Shown piece by piece: positions 7,821-16,443 of a stretch of 34,901 nt of DNA. The first letter of the stretch is position 1. Each line of letters opens with the position of its first letter. The translations under genes were made by a program, and so were the position numbers. The DNA comes from a virus (Duplodnaviria > Caudoviricetes): positions 1 through 34,901 of the IMG/VR virus record IMGVR_UViG_3300016263_000687. One strand, written 5' to 3'. The notes under the pieces are model-generated. The model searched no databases. It was not told the origin of the DNA and worked only from the letters and a program-made list of their open reading frames with translations.

Positions 7821-8043
7821 GCTTCATCCTTTCCAACACTCCGAGAAACTCGTAGTAGCGGCGGGCTTCGGCCCCTCGAGGGTTACGTTGCCCCGTCTCC
7901 CACCGTTGGATCGTGGGTTGGCTGACGCCGACGTGGCGGGCCACCTGATGCTGGGTGAGGCCGTGCTTGAGGCGGGCTTCCCGGCGGCGGGCAGGGTCCC
8001 GCCACCGGGCTGCTTCGGCCAGTTCTGCCAGCAGATCGCTCAT
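7807..8043 (-). CDS. XRE-family HTH regulator (Cro-like)
   Basis: RLKHGLTQHQVARHVGVSQPTIQRWETGQRNP. Confidence 0.9.
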   Translation of the reverse strand: MSDLLAELAEAARWRDPARRREARLKHGLTQHQVARHVGVSQPTIQRWETGQRNPRGAEARRYYEFLGVLERMKRDHI

Positions 8044-8291
8044 GACCACACCAGAGCGTCGAGCACTCGGCCTCGCAGGATCGTGTAGCGGGCGATCTGC
8101 TCGTCCTCGGTAGCGGTCCGTGCGTAGTCCCGGAGAGCGTTCGCGAGGATGATGATTTCGTTCTCATCCAGCTCGAGGGTCATCTTGGCCGAGCCGTCAG
8201 TCTCAGCGATGCAGTCGGCGCAGTAGCCCCGAGGATCGCCGGCCACAGCGTCGGCGGCGTCGCAGTTGTTGCAGAGGGTCAGAGCGTCCAT
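8040..8291 (-). CDS. Hypothetical protein (two CxxC)
   Basis: Coupled ORF with GGAGG RBS. Confidence 0.7.
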   Translation of the reverse strand: MDALTLCNNCDAADAVAGDPRGYCADCIAETDGSAKMTLELDENEIIILANALRDYARTATEDEQIARYTILRGRVLDALVWS

Positions 8292-8569
8292 CAGGCCACC
8301 TCCCCCGTGAGGTCGAGCACGCTGTCCAGCGTGTAGAGCACTTCGTAGCCCTTGACCGGGCCGGCGCTGATGACCCGACCGAAGCCGGGAACGCTCTGCT
8401 GAGCGCCATCCTTGGTCGGCGCCAGGATGGTCACCGGGCTGGTGACCTTGATGGTGAAGGTCGGCCCGCCGTTGGCGGCGATGGCCGAAGCCTGACCCTT
8501 CGTGTGGATCAGGTTGACGACGATCTCGTCGCCAATCTTGTGGGTGGTGGTGGTGGTGAAAGCGCCCAT
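8291..8569 (-). CDS. Hypothetical protein, first early gene
   Basis: Strong RBS, directly after the promoter. Confidence 0.8.
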   Translation of the reverse strand: MGAFTTTTTHKIGDEIVVNLIHTKGQASAIAANGGPTFTIKVTSPVTILAPTKDGAQQSVPGFGRVISAGPVKGYEVLYTLDSVLDLTGEVA

Positions 8570-8614
8570 TTTGGGTCCTTTCTGTCTGCCGGGGCCGTTC
8601 CCCGTTATGCCACC

Positions 8615-8642
8615 ATTATACCGACCTGATTCCAGGATGCAA
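8615..8642 (-). promoter_or_regulatory. Sigma-A/sigma70-type early promoter
   Basis: TTGCAT-16 bp-TATAAT with AT-rich upstream tract and GAAAGGA RBS downstream. Confidence 0.85.
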
Positions 8643-8680
8643 GTCCAAATCCAAGATTTCTCAGATTTTTTCTGGACGCG

Positions 8681-8720
8681 GTGAGGCCCCCGGCCAGGAG
8701 GAAGGAGCCAGGGGCCTCAC
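8681..8720. terminator. GC-rich hairpin separating late and early transcription units
   Basis: Perfect 10-bp stem GTGAGGCCCC/GGGGCCTCAC; no U tract on the minus strand. Confidence 0.55.
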
Positions 8721-8754
8721 GCTCGGCGCCCAGGGGGGTGAAGGGCGGCCAGAT

Positions 8755-8991
8755 CTACACCGTCGGCTCGATGCCCTGCAGGAGCTGCATCGCCGCCACA
8801 TAACCAACTACATCACGGAGACTGTCCTCGTCAAATGGGCTGTGACACAGCCGGCTCAGCTTCCAAGCCAGCATCATCAAACCCACCTGCTCCGGGCTGA
8901 TCTCCGCTCCCACGATCTCCGACCAGAACACCGCCACCCGACCCCATTGCTGCGTCGGATGGCCGTAACGCTTCCCGCGCTCCGCAGTCAA
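8755..8991 (-). CDS. DUF6378-like protein
   Basis: ERGKRYGHP..MMLAWKLSR..DSLRDVVGY. Confidence 0.8.
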   Translation of the reverse strand: MTAERGKRYGHPTQQWGRVAVFWSEIVGAEISPEQVGLMMLAWKLSRLCHSPFDEDSLRDVVGYVAAMQLLQGIEPTV

Positions 8992-9149
8992 TCTGGCCCC
9001 GAGTGCTCCTCGAGACTGTCCACCATCACGAACCGGATCACCAGATTGCAACGGCACCTCGGGCACTTACCCTCCTCATCAGCCAACACCGGATAACGAA
9101 CGACGAAACATACCGGGCATTGAGGAATCGGTGCGTCAGTCGTCGTCAC
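8988..9149 (-). CDS. Small zinc-ribbon protein
   Basis: CPVC..CPRC; start uncertain. Confidence 0.5.
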   Translation of the reverse strand: MTTTDAPIPQCPVCFVVRYPVLADEEGKCPRCRCNLVIRFVMVDSLEEHSGPD

Positions 9150-9336
9150 GATCGACAGTCTCGATCTCGAGGGTTTCCGCATCCTCGAACCAGGCTTGCG
9201 TCAAGTTGTCGGCCAGATGCGCCGGCACGCCAGCATCCACCAACGCCCGCCAGAACGTCCCGACCAGATAGGCAGTCTGCCGCAGCTGTGCAGCCTGCAC
9301 CTCGATGAAATCCGGCAACGGCTTGTCAGGATCCAT
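9136..9336 (-). CDS. Hypothetical protein
   Basis: TAATG coupling; FWRALVDAGVP. Confidence 0.65.
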   Translation of the reverse strand: MDPDKPLPDFIEVQAAQLRQTAYLVGTFWRALVDAGVPAHLADNLTQAWFEDAETLEIETVDRDDD

Positions 9337-10382
9337 TACCAACCTTCCTTCTGGCGGTCGTCGCAGAACACCGGAGCCGAGAACGTAACCCCAGCATCCG
9401 GCGCCACGGTAAACAACGCCTGCTGAGCTCTTTCCGGCGTGAAGTTCATCGTGGCGGCGTACTCGTCTTCGCCCTTCAGGCTTCCGTTGACGATCACGCC
9501 TGCGCTGGGCGACATGAGCAGCTGATGCCAATGGCCCATCACCACCGCATCGAACGACTCCCGCACCCGCTTCTTCGCGATCATCCGCATGATCGGAGGC
9601 CAAATGCCGCCGATACCCCCACCCCCAGATACCTGATCGCCATGGGTGAGCAGCAGCCGGGTGCCGTGAATCTCGACCAGGGCGTCGGTTCCGTCCGGGA
9701 TCTGGAAGGTGACCCTGGGGTCTCCGTCGAAGTGGCGGGCTACGAGCTGGCCGATCATCCAATCGAAGTTGTCTCGAGCACGGCCCTTCGCTCGCGGTTT
9801 GCGGGTGCGCCGGCCATGGTTGCCGACGACGACCGGGACATGAACCTGGCCGAACGTGTCGGCCAGCAATGTCACCCCAGCGGCGATCCGGCCCGACCAA
9901 TGCAGCACCGTGTCGAGCGTCGTCGCGGCGTTCGTTTCCTTGAGCTCTTCGTGAATATCGCCGGAAATGAGGTCCCCCCCCAGCATGAGCACCACACCGT
10001 CGTAGGTCATGCCGGTCAGGTAATCGTGAGAAAGCCTGATCACCTGCTGGAAATACCGTTCCAGACGCAGCTCAGCGATCTCCCGGTTATAGGCGTTGCG
10101 GCCATCAAGCTCGGAGGGATTCACCACCTCATCGAAATGACAGTCGGACAGCACCGTCACCAGCGTCGCCACCCGCTCACGTTTCGCTGTCGGTTTCGAC
10201 AACCAGCGCGGCACCCGCAACGCACGCCCCTGATAGTCGTTCAGCCGTTCCAGCTGCTCGATACGGCCCGCCTGATCGCCAACCACTCGCCGCAGCCGGC
10301 CCAGTTCTTCTTGCAGCAGATCGTTCTTGGCGCGGTAAACGTCTTCGCGTGCGGTCAGATCGTCGCTCAGGGACACCGGCAT
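9336..10382 (-). CDS. Calcineurin-like metallophosphoesterase
   Basis: SDCH, GGDLISG, GNHG, THGD, GHWH motifs; N-terminal coiled coil. Confidence 0.9.
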   Translation of the reverse strand: MPVSLSDDLTAREDVYRAKNDLLQEELGRLRRVVGDQAGRIEQLERLNDYQGRALRVPRWLSKPTAKRERVATLVTVLSDCHFDEVVNPSELDGRNAYNREIAELRLERYFQQVIRLSHDYLTGMTYDGVVLMLGGDLISGDIHEELKETNAATTLDTVLHWSGRIAAGVTLLADTFGQVHVPVVVGNHGRRTRKPRAKGRARDNFDWMIGQLVARHFDGDPRVTFQIPDGTDALVEIHGTRLLLTHGDQVSGGGGIGGIWPPIMRMIAKKRVRESFDAVVMGHWHQLLMSPSAGVIVNGSLKGEDEYAATMNFTPERAQQALFTVAPDAGVTFSAPVFCDDRQKEGW

Positions 10383-10612
10383 TCCTTCCGACGGTGCCTT
10401 TGGATCTGGCAGGCTGACAGCGGATAGCCGTTCGCTTGAAGGATCTTCGATAGCCACGGGGCGGTAGCCGTTTCGTCGGCCATGGCCTCGAGCAGCGCCT
10501 GACGGTCATCGTCGGGCATTCGTGTCAAGACGACGCCAACACCGCAGGTCGGGCCTTTCCGTGTCTTTGGGGCAGCTGCGAAAGCCTCGGCAAGGCTCGG
10601 CTTCTTCACCAT
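10367..10612 (-). CDS. Small Cys/His protein preceding the phosphoesterase
   Basis: C..RHRRKECRC; AGGAGG RBS. Confidence 0.7.
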   Translation of the reverse strand: MVKKPSLAEAFAAAPKTRKGPTCGVGVVLTRMPDDDRQALLEAMADETATAPWLSKILQANGYPLSACQIQRHRRKECRCP

Positions 10613-10815
10613 GGGCGGTCTTCCTCCTGGTCGATGCGCCACACAAGCCCTCGGCTGATCACCACCCGCCGGAACGAGTCGTGATCGTGCAGCCCGAAGG
10701 CAGTCACAGTCTCGCCGGTGCGTCGGCCCCGATCACCGCAAACCCAACACATCGGGTCATTTCCGGTGTCGACCCAGAGCACTTCGCACGGATCGCAACG
10801 CATCCTCGGCAACAC
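10606..10815 (-). CDS. Small hypothetical protein (two CxxC)
   Basis: CDPC..CWVC; overlaps the next start. Confidence 0.5.
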   Translation of the reverse strand: MLPRMRCDPCEVLWVDTGNDPMCWVCGDRGRRTGETVTAFGLHDHDSFRRVVISRGLVWRIDQEEDRPW

Positions 10816-10912
10816 AAGCCCTCCAGAAGCCCCTCAGACCGCCCAGAAGGCCCCTAGAAGGCTTTGGACGGTCGGCAGGCACCCAGTATGGCCCCGAGCC
10901 GAGAATCGGTGC

Positions 10913-11152
10913 TTACGGCTGCTGCCAGGAGCGGGCCAGATCGGCCATGGCAGCCGCAATCTTTTCCAGGCTTTTGTCTTCGGCGCTCATGTGCTCGTCA
11001 AGCCGCCGGTAGATCGGATCGAGCTTGTCATCGATCATGTGGGCAATCTGCTTCTTGAAGAAGTTGGCGACCAGGCCGACGATCGTCAAACTCGTCAGAA
11101 CAATGGCGAGAATCGCGCCGGTCGCTTCGATCCAGCCCGCCACACCCAACAT
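10913..11152 (-). CDS. Membrane-anchored coiled-coil protein, possibly lysis-associated
   Basis: N-terminal TM helix then amphipathic helix. Confidence 0.65.
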   Translation of the reverse strand: MLGVAGWIEATGAILAIVLTSLTIVGLVANFFKKQIAHMIDDKLDPIYRRLDEHMSAEDKSLEKIAAAMADLARSWQQP

Positions 11153-11277
11153 CACCGCTCCCGAAGCCGACGCCAAACCAGTTCGACGGCACGGGCACCA
11201 ACAAAAACGCCGGCGGCAATCAGCAGCACCGGCAGTTTCAGAACCTCATTGTAGTTCGGCCAATCTTCCGGCTTCAT
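11152..11277 (-). CDS. 41-aa single-TM protein (not in ORF track)
   Basis: MKPEDWPNYNEVLKLPVLLIAAGVFVGARAVELVWRRLRER; GGGAG RBS; TGATG coupling to the next gene. Confidence 0.6.
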   Translation of the reverse strand: MKPEDWPNYNEVLKLPVLLIAAGVFVGARAVELVWRRLRER

Positions 11278-11407
11278 GATCGCTCCCATTTGGGTACAGA
11301 CCGCCCCACCTCGGTCTGCGTTTCCCGATCCTTGAAGCGGTCCACAGACGGCCTCGAGGCTCTACCTGCAGATTCTCACAGTAAACGCCAGGCCGGTCAG
11401 CGTCAGA

Positions 11408-11635
11408 TCACAGCTCCCGAGGGCGCCACAACCACCAGCCTCGCAAAGCCAACCCGGACTGCAGAACAATCCCCGGAAAGAAACCCCATTGGCGGTGAAC
11501 GATCGCATACGCCGACCACAGGACCAGCAGATTTGCTGCCATCACCAGCCATCCAGCGCGGCGCCGCCTGGTCAACAGCCACGACGCCAACAGCACAAAC
11601 CCGTCGAGGACGATCCCCCACGCCCACGCACTCAT
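11408..11635 (-). CDS. Small multi-pass membrane protein
   Basis: Three short hydrophobic Trp-rich segments; coupled to the endolysin stop. Confidence 0.7.
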   Translation of the reverse strand: MSAWAWGIVLDGFVLLASWLLTRRRRAGWLVMAANLLVLWSAYAIVHRQWGFFPGIVLQSGLALRGWWLWRPREL

Positions 11636-12456
11636 CAGAATGCGCTATCGAGCGCCTTTCCCGACTGGATGCCCGACTCGATCGCAGCCTTCTGCTGAGG
11701 CGTCAAATCGCCCGGTTCGGGCGCCGGGCCAGGCGTCCCAGGCCACGGCTGCAACAGGACGTTCACGAGCTCGGTATCGACGTAGATGTATTTCACCGCA
11801 TCCCGCCCCGGCTGAGCACGCCAATCCAACGCATCCTGCGGAATGCCGTAAGCGCCTTCCGGGCCGTTGAACGTACGAAGGACCCGGCCACCGGACAGCA
11901 GAAAAGCGATCGCCACACCAAACACGGTGCGGCCAACGACGATGTTCATGTCTTCTCCCTCGAGGGTTGGCGTAGGCCCATAAGGCTCACGCAGCTGATC
12001 TAGTTGGGCTTCGGCCATATTGCCCGGGCAGGCGGTGCTGTTTCCCGGCGCGTCCCGGTGGCCTCCGGTTGGCATCGGGCCGGCGCCGAGCACCCCTGAC
12101 GTTGCCAGATCGTCCCGCAACCAACGGAACGACTGCACCGCCTCCGGCGACAGCTCGACCTCCATGTAGTTGCCGACGAAACACACGCCGAACGAACGAT
12201 CGTTCCAACCTCCGGTGTGTGCCCCGATCGAAAAGCCTTGCCCTTCACCGATCGTCCCATTCGGATGAATGATGTACGAATAGGCGATCCCGCCGAGGTT
12301 CTGGTGGATGCGATCCACCACCCGGAAATCAGCGAAAGCGTCGTCGGTCGGGTTCGTTACCGAATGGTGAACCCAGAGCGCTTCGGCAGGTAGACGCATC
12401 CTCGAACGGCCCGCATAGGTGCCCCCCCAGGTGCCGATCGGTACAACCTCAGGCAT
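11635..12456 (-). CDS. Endolysin, N-acetylmuramoyl-L-alanine amidase (Amidase_2/PGRP-like)
   Basis: VHHS, IAYSY, GAHT, GHRD, TACPG Zn-amidase motifs. Confidence 0.9.
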   Translation of the reverse strand: MPEVVPIGTWGGTYAGRSRMRLPAEALWVHHSVTNPTDDAFADFRVVDRIHQNLGGIAYSYIIHPNGTIGEGQGFSIGAHTGGWNDRSFGVCFVGNYMEVELSPEAVQSFRWLRDDLATSGVLGAGPMPTGGHRDAPGNSTACPGNMAEAQLDQLREPYGPTPTLEGEDMNIVVGRTVFGVAIAFLLSGGRVLRTFNGPEGAYGIPQDALDWRAQPGRDAVKYIYVDTELVNVLLQPWPGTPGPAPEPGDLTPQQKAAIESGIQSGKALDSAF

Positions 12457-12712
12457 CTGGATGCACGTCGTGAGGCTGGATGCAGCCAGGCTCGTCACAC
12501 AGAGGTCCCGCCGCCGGGGCGTCAAGCTTGACGTTCGGAGTCATCTGCGAACGGGTCAGCAACGCGAGCAGCGCCGAGGTGACCGCCAGGAGCGCACCAA
12601 TCTGGTCAGGCTTGAGCTCGAGGCCGAACGAGACTGCCAGGGCGATCACAGCGTTTACGACGCCGTAGAACAGAGCGGGTTCGCGCTTCCAGATCATCAG
12701 ATTCCAATCCAT
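12449..12712 (-). CDS. Holin
   Basis: REPAL..two TM helices..TRSQMTP pattern; directly upstream of the endolysin. Confidence 0.75.
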   Translation of the reverse strand: MDWNLMIWKREPALFYGVVNAVIALAVSFGLELKPDQIGALLAVTSALLALLTRSQMTPNVKLDAPAAGPLCDEPGCIQPHDVHPDA

Positions 12713-13230
12713 ACGGCCCAGAACTCTGGGCTGCTGTTTCCAAAAGCCGAAACGTCAAGATTGCCGCCGCTGTTTTGCTGAGCAGCGGTTTGGAAGTAAT
12801 CATTTGAGATGGCGTACAACGCCGAAGCGCTCATCGACGCAAACCCGTTAGTGCCAGTAGGCGGCTGAGTCTGCAGCGCAATATTCGTGCTTGCTCCCAC
12901 TTGCACCGCCAACGAGCGGTAATCACCAGCAGTACTGAATGCCCAGGTGATGCTTGAGCCAACAAGGTACTTACCGGCATTGGCTGTGCTGACCGTGATC
13001 CGGTTTGTATTTGTGCTTGTGCTGTGCAGATCGGCATTGTCGAAACGCTCTGTGTTGAACGTCAACGTTGTCACAACGCCATTCGCGGTCGTGATTGCAG
13101 CGGTGTTGTAGCAACGCACCATCGGCTTGTCGGTTGAGAGCCACTTGACGTTGTCGCGCAGATAGGTGTTCAGATAGGCGGCAGTCACAACCTCGCCGGC
13201 CACCCAAGTTCGGTCAGTCGTATAAGCCAT
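12697..13230 (-). CDS. Minor tail/receptor-binding protein, possibly C1q/TNF-like
   Basis: TWVAGEVVTAAYLN N-terminal tail-attachment motif; TNRITV..AGKYLV. Confidence 0.7.
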   Translation of the reverse strand: MAYTTDRTWVAGEVVTAAYLNTYLRDNVKWLSTDKPMVRCYNTAAITTANGVVTTLTFNTERFDNADLHSTSTNTNRITVSTANAGKYLVGSSITWAFSTAGDYRSLAVQVGASTNIALQTQPPTGTNGFASMSASALYAISNDYFQTAAQQNSGGNLDVSAFGNSSPEFWAVWIGI

Positions 13231-13769
13231 CAGACAATCCCCATCAACAGATTCTCACGCCCGAGGAACTCGAGCGTTTCCACCATCATGCCGTCACCAT
13301 CAAGACGCCTCGGGTCCCAGTTCCGATGCTGGGGAGCCCGTCCAGCCAGCAGACGAATCACACCCGACCGCAACGTCGGCGGCTGCCACCGCAACGCATA
13401 TCTAGTTCCGCATTCCAAACAAAACACATGCGGATTCTGATCCCAACCCAACATCCCAGCACCGCACGGGCAATCAGCCACCCACCGGGAAGCGTTGATA
13501 TACGGCACGAGCTCCAGGTCGCTGACCAACGGCTCCCGATCGAACCGGCGGGCGATCTGCTGCTCCAAAAATGCGTCTACCTCGGCCCTCGAGCGAAGAG
13601 TGCGACCCCCATATCCGTCGCATTGCGTGACGATCACATCCGGGTAGCCCTCATCGGCACCATCCGTACCGCCCTGAACTTCGAGGGTGTCCGGATTCAC
13701 CACGACCCTGGTCGTATAGCCGGCGTCGACCACCACCATCCCAGAAGCTGTCATTTCTACGTCAGGCAC
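13230..13769 (-). CDS. Hypothetical protein with CPC...CLEC Zn-binding motif
   Basis: Coupled ORF in tail region. Confidence 0.7.
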   Translation of the reverse strand: MPDVEMTASGMVVVDAGYTTRVVVNPDTLEVQGGTDGADEGYPDVIVTQCDGYGGRTLRSRAEVDAFLEQQIARRFDREPLVSDLELVPYINASRWVADCPCGAGMLGWDQNPHVFCLECGTRYALRWQPPTLRSGVIRLLAGRAPQHRNWDPRRLDGDGMMVETLEFLGRENLLMGIV

Positions 13770-13777
13770 GATTCCTC

Positions 13778-15739
13778 CTAGAACGCCAATCGAGTCGTCT
13801 TATCCAAGACCCCATACACATCGTCTTCCAACACCCAATAGGCGCTCGTGTCGGCCTCAGCGATTGTGAACGAAATCTGATACATATCTGGCGTGATCGT
13901 TTCTTCCGAACCGACCACAGACACCTCAGTCGTAATCGGATCGCCAATGCCCTGGGGTGTACGAACGACCTGCACCAACGAACCGAGCTCGAGCGCCAAC
14001 ACCGTCGGATACAACACCGCAGGGTCACGTTCCGGCATCACATCCATACGCTCGACGCGCAATGACGGCTCACCAAACCGGTTCACGATCCACGACGCAA
14101 AATCCTGCGCCTGGCCGTCCGTGTCGTACAACAGGTCGGTTGCCTCATAGGTTCGCACCAGATACCGATCCACCGAATCCTGATCGGCAACCGTCACCTG
14201 CCCGCCGCCTCGTCGGCCAGCCGTGACCGTGTTGTAAAGCAGCGACTCGTCATATGAAAACGTCAGGCCCGAGAACCGCACACCGGATGCCGGATCGTCC
14301 GTCGTGTACGCAGCGACACCCAACGCCGAGTTCGTGGCACGGCGCTCCCGGAATACCACTCGGCCATCCTGCCCCATGAACAACAAACCCTGTTCCGTTT
14401 CGGCCATGTGTTGCAGGAGATCGAGCGCTGTGGCGTTGGTGTAGTCGTCGGCCTGGAGCGTGCTGTTCCCAGTATCAATGTCACGGTCGTTTTGGGGCCA
14501 TTCGCAGTTATCGAGCACAGCGTTGATGTGCACGCCTGTCGGCTGACCGTTGTTGCGGGTTGTGGCCGTTTCGTAGATGCCGAGCAGATTGGTGCGAAGC
14601 TGCGCCAGCGAGAACGAAGTATCGACGTAGGCGGTGAACTCATCCAGAGTGCCGTCGAAATAGGTGCTGCTGTCGCCCCGCTGGCCGACGAACAGCTGGC
14701 CTGCAGTCGAGACATAGTTGCCCTCTGCCGCAAAGGTCAGATTTGCTTGCGAATACTCCCGAATGGTGCCGTCGATGCCGACGGTCCACAGATTGATTTC
14801 GTTTTGCGAGATTTCGGTAGTGCCGAAAACGTGGTGGACGTTGCCGTCGTTGTAGAGATCCGTGGTCGTGTAGATGGCGTGCACCCCATAGGCCGGCAGA
14901 TGCACCACGAACCGCAGCTGCCCGGCTGCCGTCAGCTCGATGGCATAACGCACCAGGCCCCGGTCCTGGCGGGCCAGGCACACCAACGTCTGAGCATTGG
15001 CAGATGTGGTCTTGAACCAGATCGAGAACCCGAGCTGTGAACTCGGATATGGGAACGTCGTGCAAACCCCATACTCCGATTGGGTGCGATCGAACGTGAC
15101 AGCGGTGTTGTCATCACCCTGGATCAGGCCGGTCACCCCCAACGTCGGCGTGTTGACCAACGACCCGTTGCGCGCATAACCGGAAGAATCGGCCATCGTC
15201 GTCGTCGTACCCTGCTCACCCAGCCGGAACCACAACGACGGCCTGGTCGTCTGGATGTAACCCGAGAACGGGCTAGACGGATTCGTCAAGTTGAAGATCT
15301 TGAACGCATCTTCCAGCTCCACGACGCAGACCGCTTCACGATCCGAAATGTCATACTCCTGCTTGTATGCGGTCGCAAATCCGACGAACCGGTAGTAGGT
15401 CGCATCCCCGTACTGGCCTCGAACGCGAAACATCCGCATAGGCGTGACGTTCGACCTCGAGCCATTCCAGAACGGAGATCCCGAATATTGCGGGTCGTAC
15501 TTGCGGTCCCGGTTGTCGAGCACGATCCGGCAAGTGCCAGTCTCGAACCGGTCGAGCTGCCGCTGCTTGCCGCGGGAGATCTGCACCGAGCGCACATCGG
15601 GCGTCACATCTTGCCAGACAGGCGTCGTACCCGGCGCAGTCGTCGGCGAAAACTCGATCGACCAGCGGGCCGTTCCCCGCCACATCGACAGAAACTGGCT
15701 TTGAGCCGGCGTGGCCCTCGGCACCACCAGAAGCGGCAT
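13778..15739 (-). CDS. Tail tip/hub protein with inserted LamG-like domain
   Basis: WQDVTPDV..RGKQ..GTCRIVLDN; WFRLGE..FDGTLDE LamG motifs; ETEQGLLFM..GRVVFR. Confidence 0.8.
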   Translation of the reverse strand: MPLLVVPRATPAQSQFLSMWRGTARWSIEFSPTTAPGTTPVWQDVTPDVRSVQISRGKQRQLDRFETGTCRIVLDNRDRKYDPQYSGSPFWNGSRSNVTPMRMFRVRGQYGDATYYRFVGFATAYKQEYDISDREAVCVVELEDAFKIFNLTNPSSPFSGYIQTTRPSLWFRLGEQGTTTTMADSSGYARNGSLVNTPTLGVTGLIQGDDNTAVTFDRTQSEYGVCTTFPYPSSQLGFSIWFKTTSANAQTLVCLARQDRGLVRYAIELTAAGQLRFVVHLPAYGVHAIYTTTDLYNDGNVHHVFGTTEISQNEINLWTVGIDGTIREYSQANLTFAAEGNYVSTAGQLFVGQRGDSSTYFDGTLDEFTAYVDTSFSLAQLRTNLLGIYETATTRNNGQPTGVHINAVLDNCEWPQNDRDIDTGNSTLQADDYTNATALDLLQHMAETEQGLLFMGQDGRVVFRERRATNSALGVAAYTTDDPASGVRFSGLTFSYDESLLYNTVTAGRRGGGQVTVADQDSVDRYLVRTYEATDLLYDTDGQAQDFASWIVNRFGEPSLRVERMDVMPERDPAVLYPTVLALELGSLVQVVRTPQGIGDPITTEVSVVGSEETITPDMYQISFTIAEADTSAYWVLEDDVYGVLDKTTRLAF

Positions 15740-15742
15740 TGC

Positions 15743-16435
15743 TCAGTCCAACGTCAAGCAGAACTGGAACACCAGATCTGACGTGCTGGTGTACGTCGGA
15801 GTACCTCGAACGACCGCCTGGCAGTAAAGACTGGTACCCGCCGAACAGAAGTACGGAATCGCCATGTTGTGAGGCAGAGTGTTCGTCTTCGTATCCGGCT
15901 TGAACGCCACGCTGTTCAACGGGGTGCCCGGCCAGGCGGTGTTGTAATCCGTCGTCAGGATCGACACGATCGCCACCAGGTTGCCCATATCGGCATCCGA
16001 GAATGCACACGCAGCGTTATCGCCAGCGGGCGACACCGACGCCGAAAAGAACAGCAGATCCATTGCGGCCCGCTGCGCCTGCGTCTTGTCCAAGATCCGA
16101 ATGCTGTTGATCGTCCCGCCACCCCCATCGAACCTTGAGGCGTTCGAGAGGGTCATCAGGCCGCCGAGACAGTCGCCCGAGGTGTAGGCAGGCGTTGTCG
16201 AAATGGTCGGCGTGACCGTGATGAACTCACGGCTCACCCAAGGATCGACATAGGCAGCAGCTGCAGTAGCCGGCACCGCAAACGGAGACTGGCTGACCAG
16301 CCGGCCACCAAGATCCCCGATGTTGACGCCCTCTTCTCCGGCGGTGACCTTGACCCGCTGGTAGTAAACCGCCGAAATGTCATCGGCGGCGATGTTCGCC
16401 CCGGTGCCCGGCGTGATCTGCACGTTGTCAGCCAC
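15743..16435 (-). CDS. Putative minor virion protein
   Basis: Beta-rich, Thr/Gly-rich; between tape measure and tail tip genes; AGGAG RBS. Confidence 0.6.
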   Translation of the reverse strand: MADNVQITPGTGANIAADDISAVYYQRVKVTAGEEGVNIGDLGGRLVSQSPFAVPATAAAAYVDPWVSREFITVTPTISTTPAYTSGDCLGGLMTLSNASRFDGGGGTINSIRILDKTQAQRAAMDLLFFSASVSPAGDNAACAFSDADMGNLVAIVSILTTDYNTAWPGTPLNSVAFKPDTKTNTLPHNMAIPYFCSAGTSLYCQAVVRGTPTYTSTSDLVFQFCLTLD

Positions 16436-16443
16436 AGAAACTC

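Noticed and set aside
8621-8640. Operator palindrome in the early promoter spacer (CCTG-N4-CAGG)
   Set aside because: Only 4-bp arms and no convincing second copy; could be chance
11360-11390. Promoter TTTACT..TAGAGC on the minus strand
   Set aside because: Poor -10 match and only 15-bp spacing
12697-16435. Diversity-generating retroelement acting on tail genes
   Set aside because: No reverse transcriptase and no template/variable repeat pair seen
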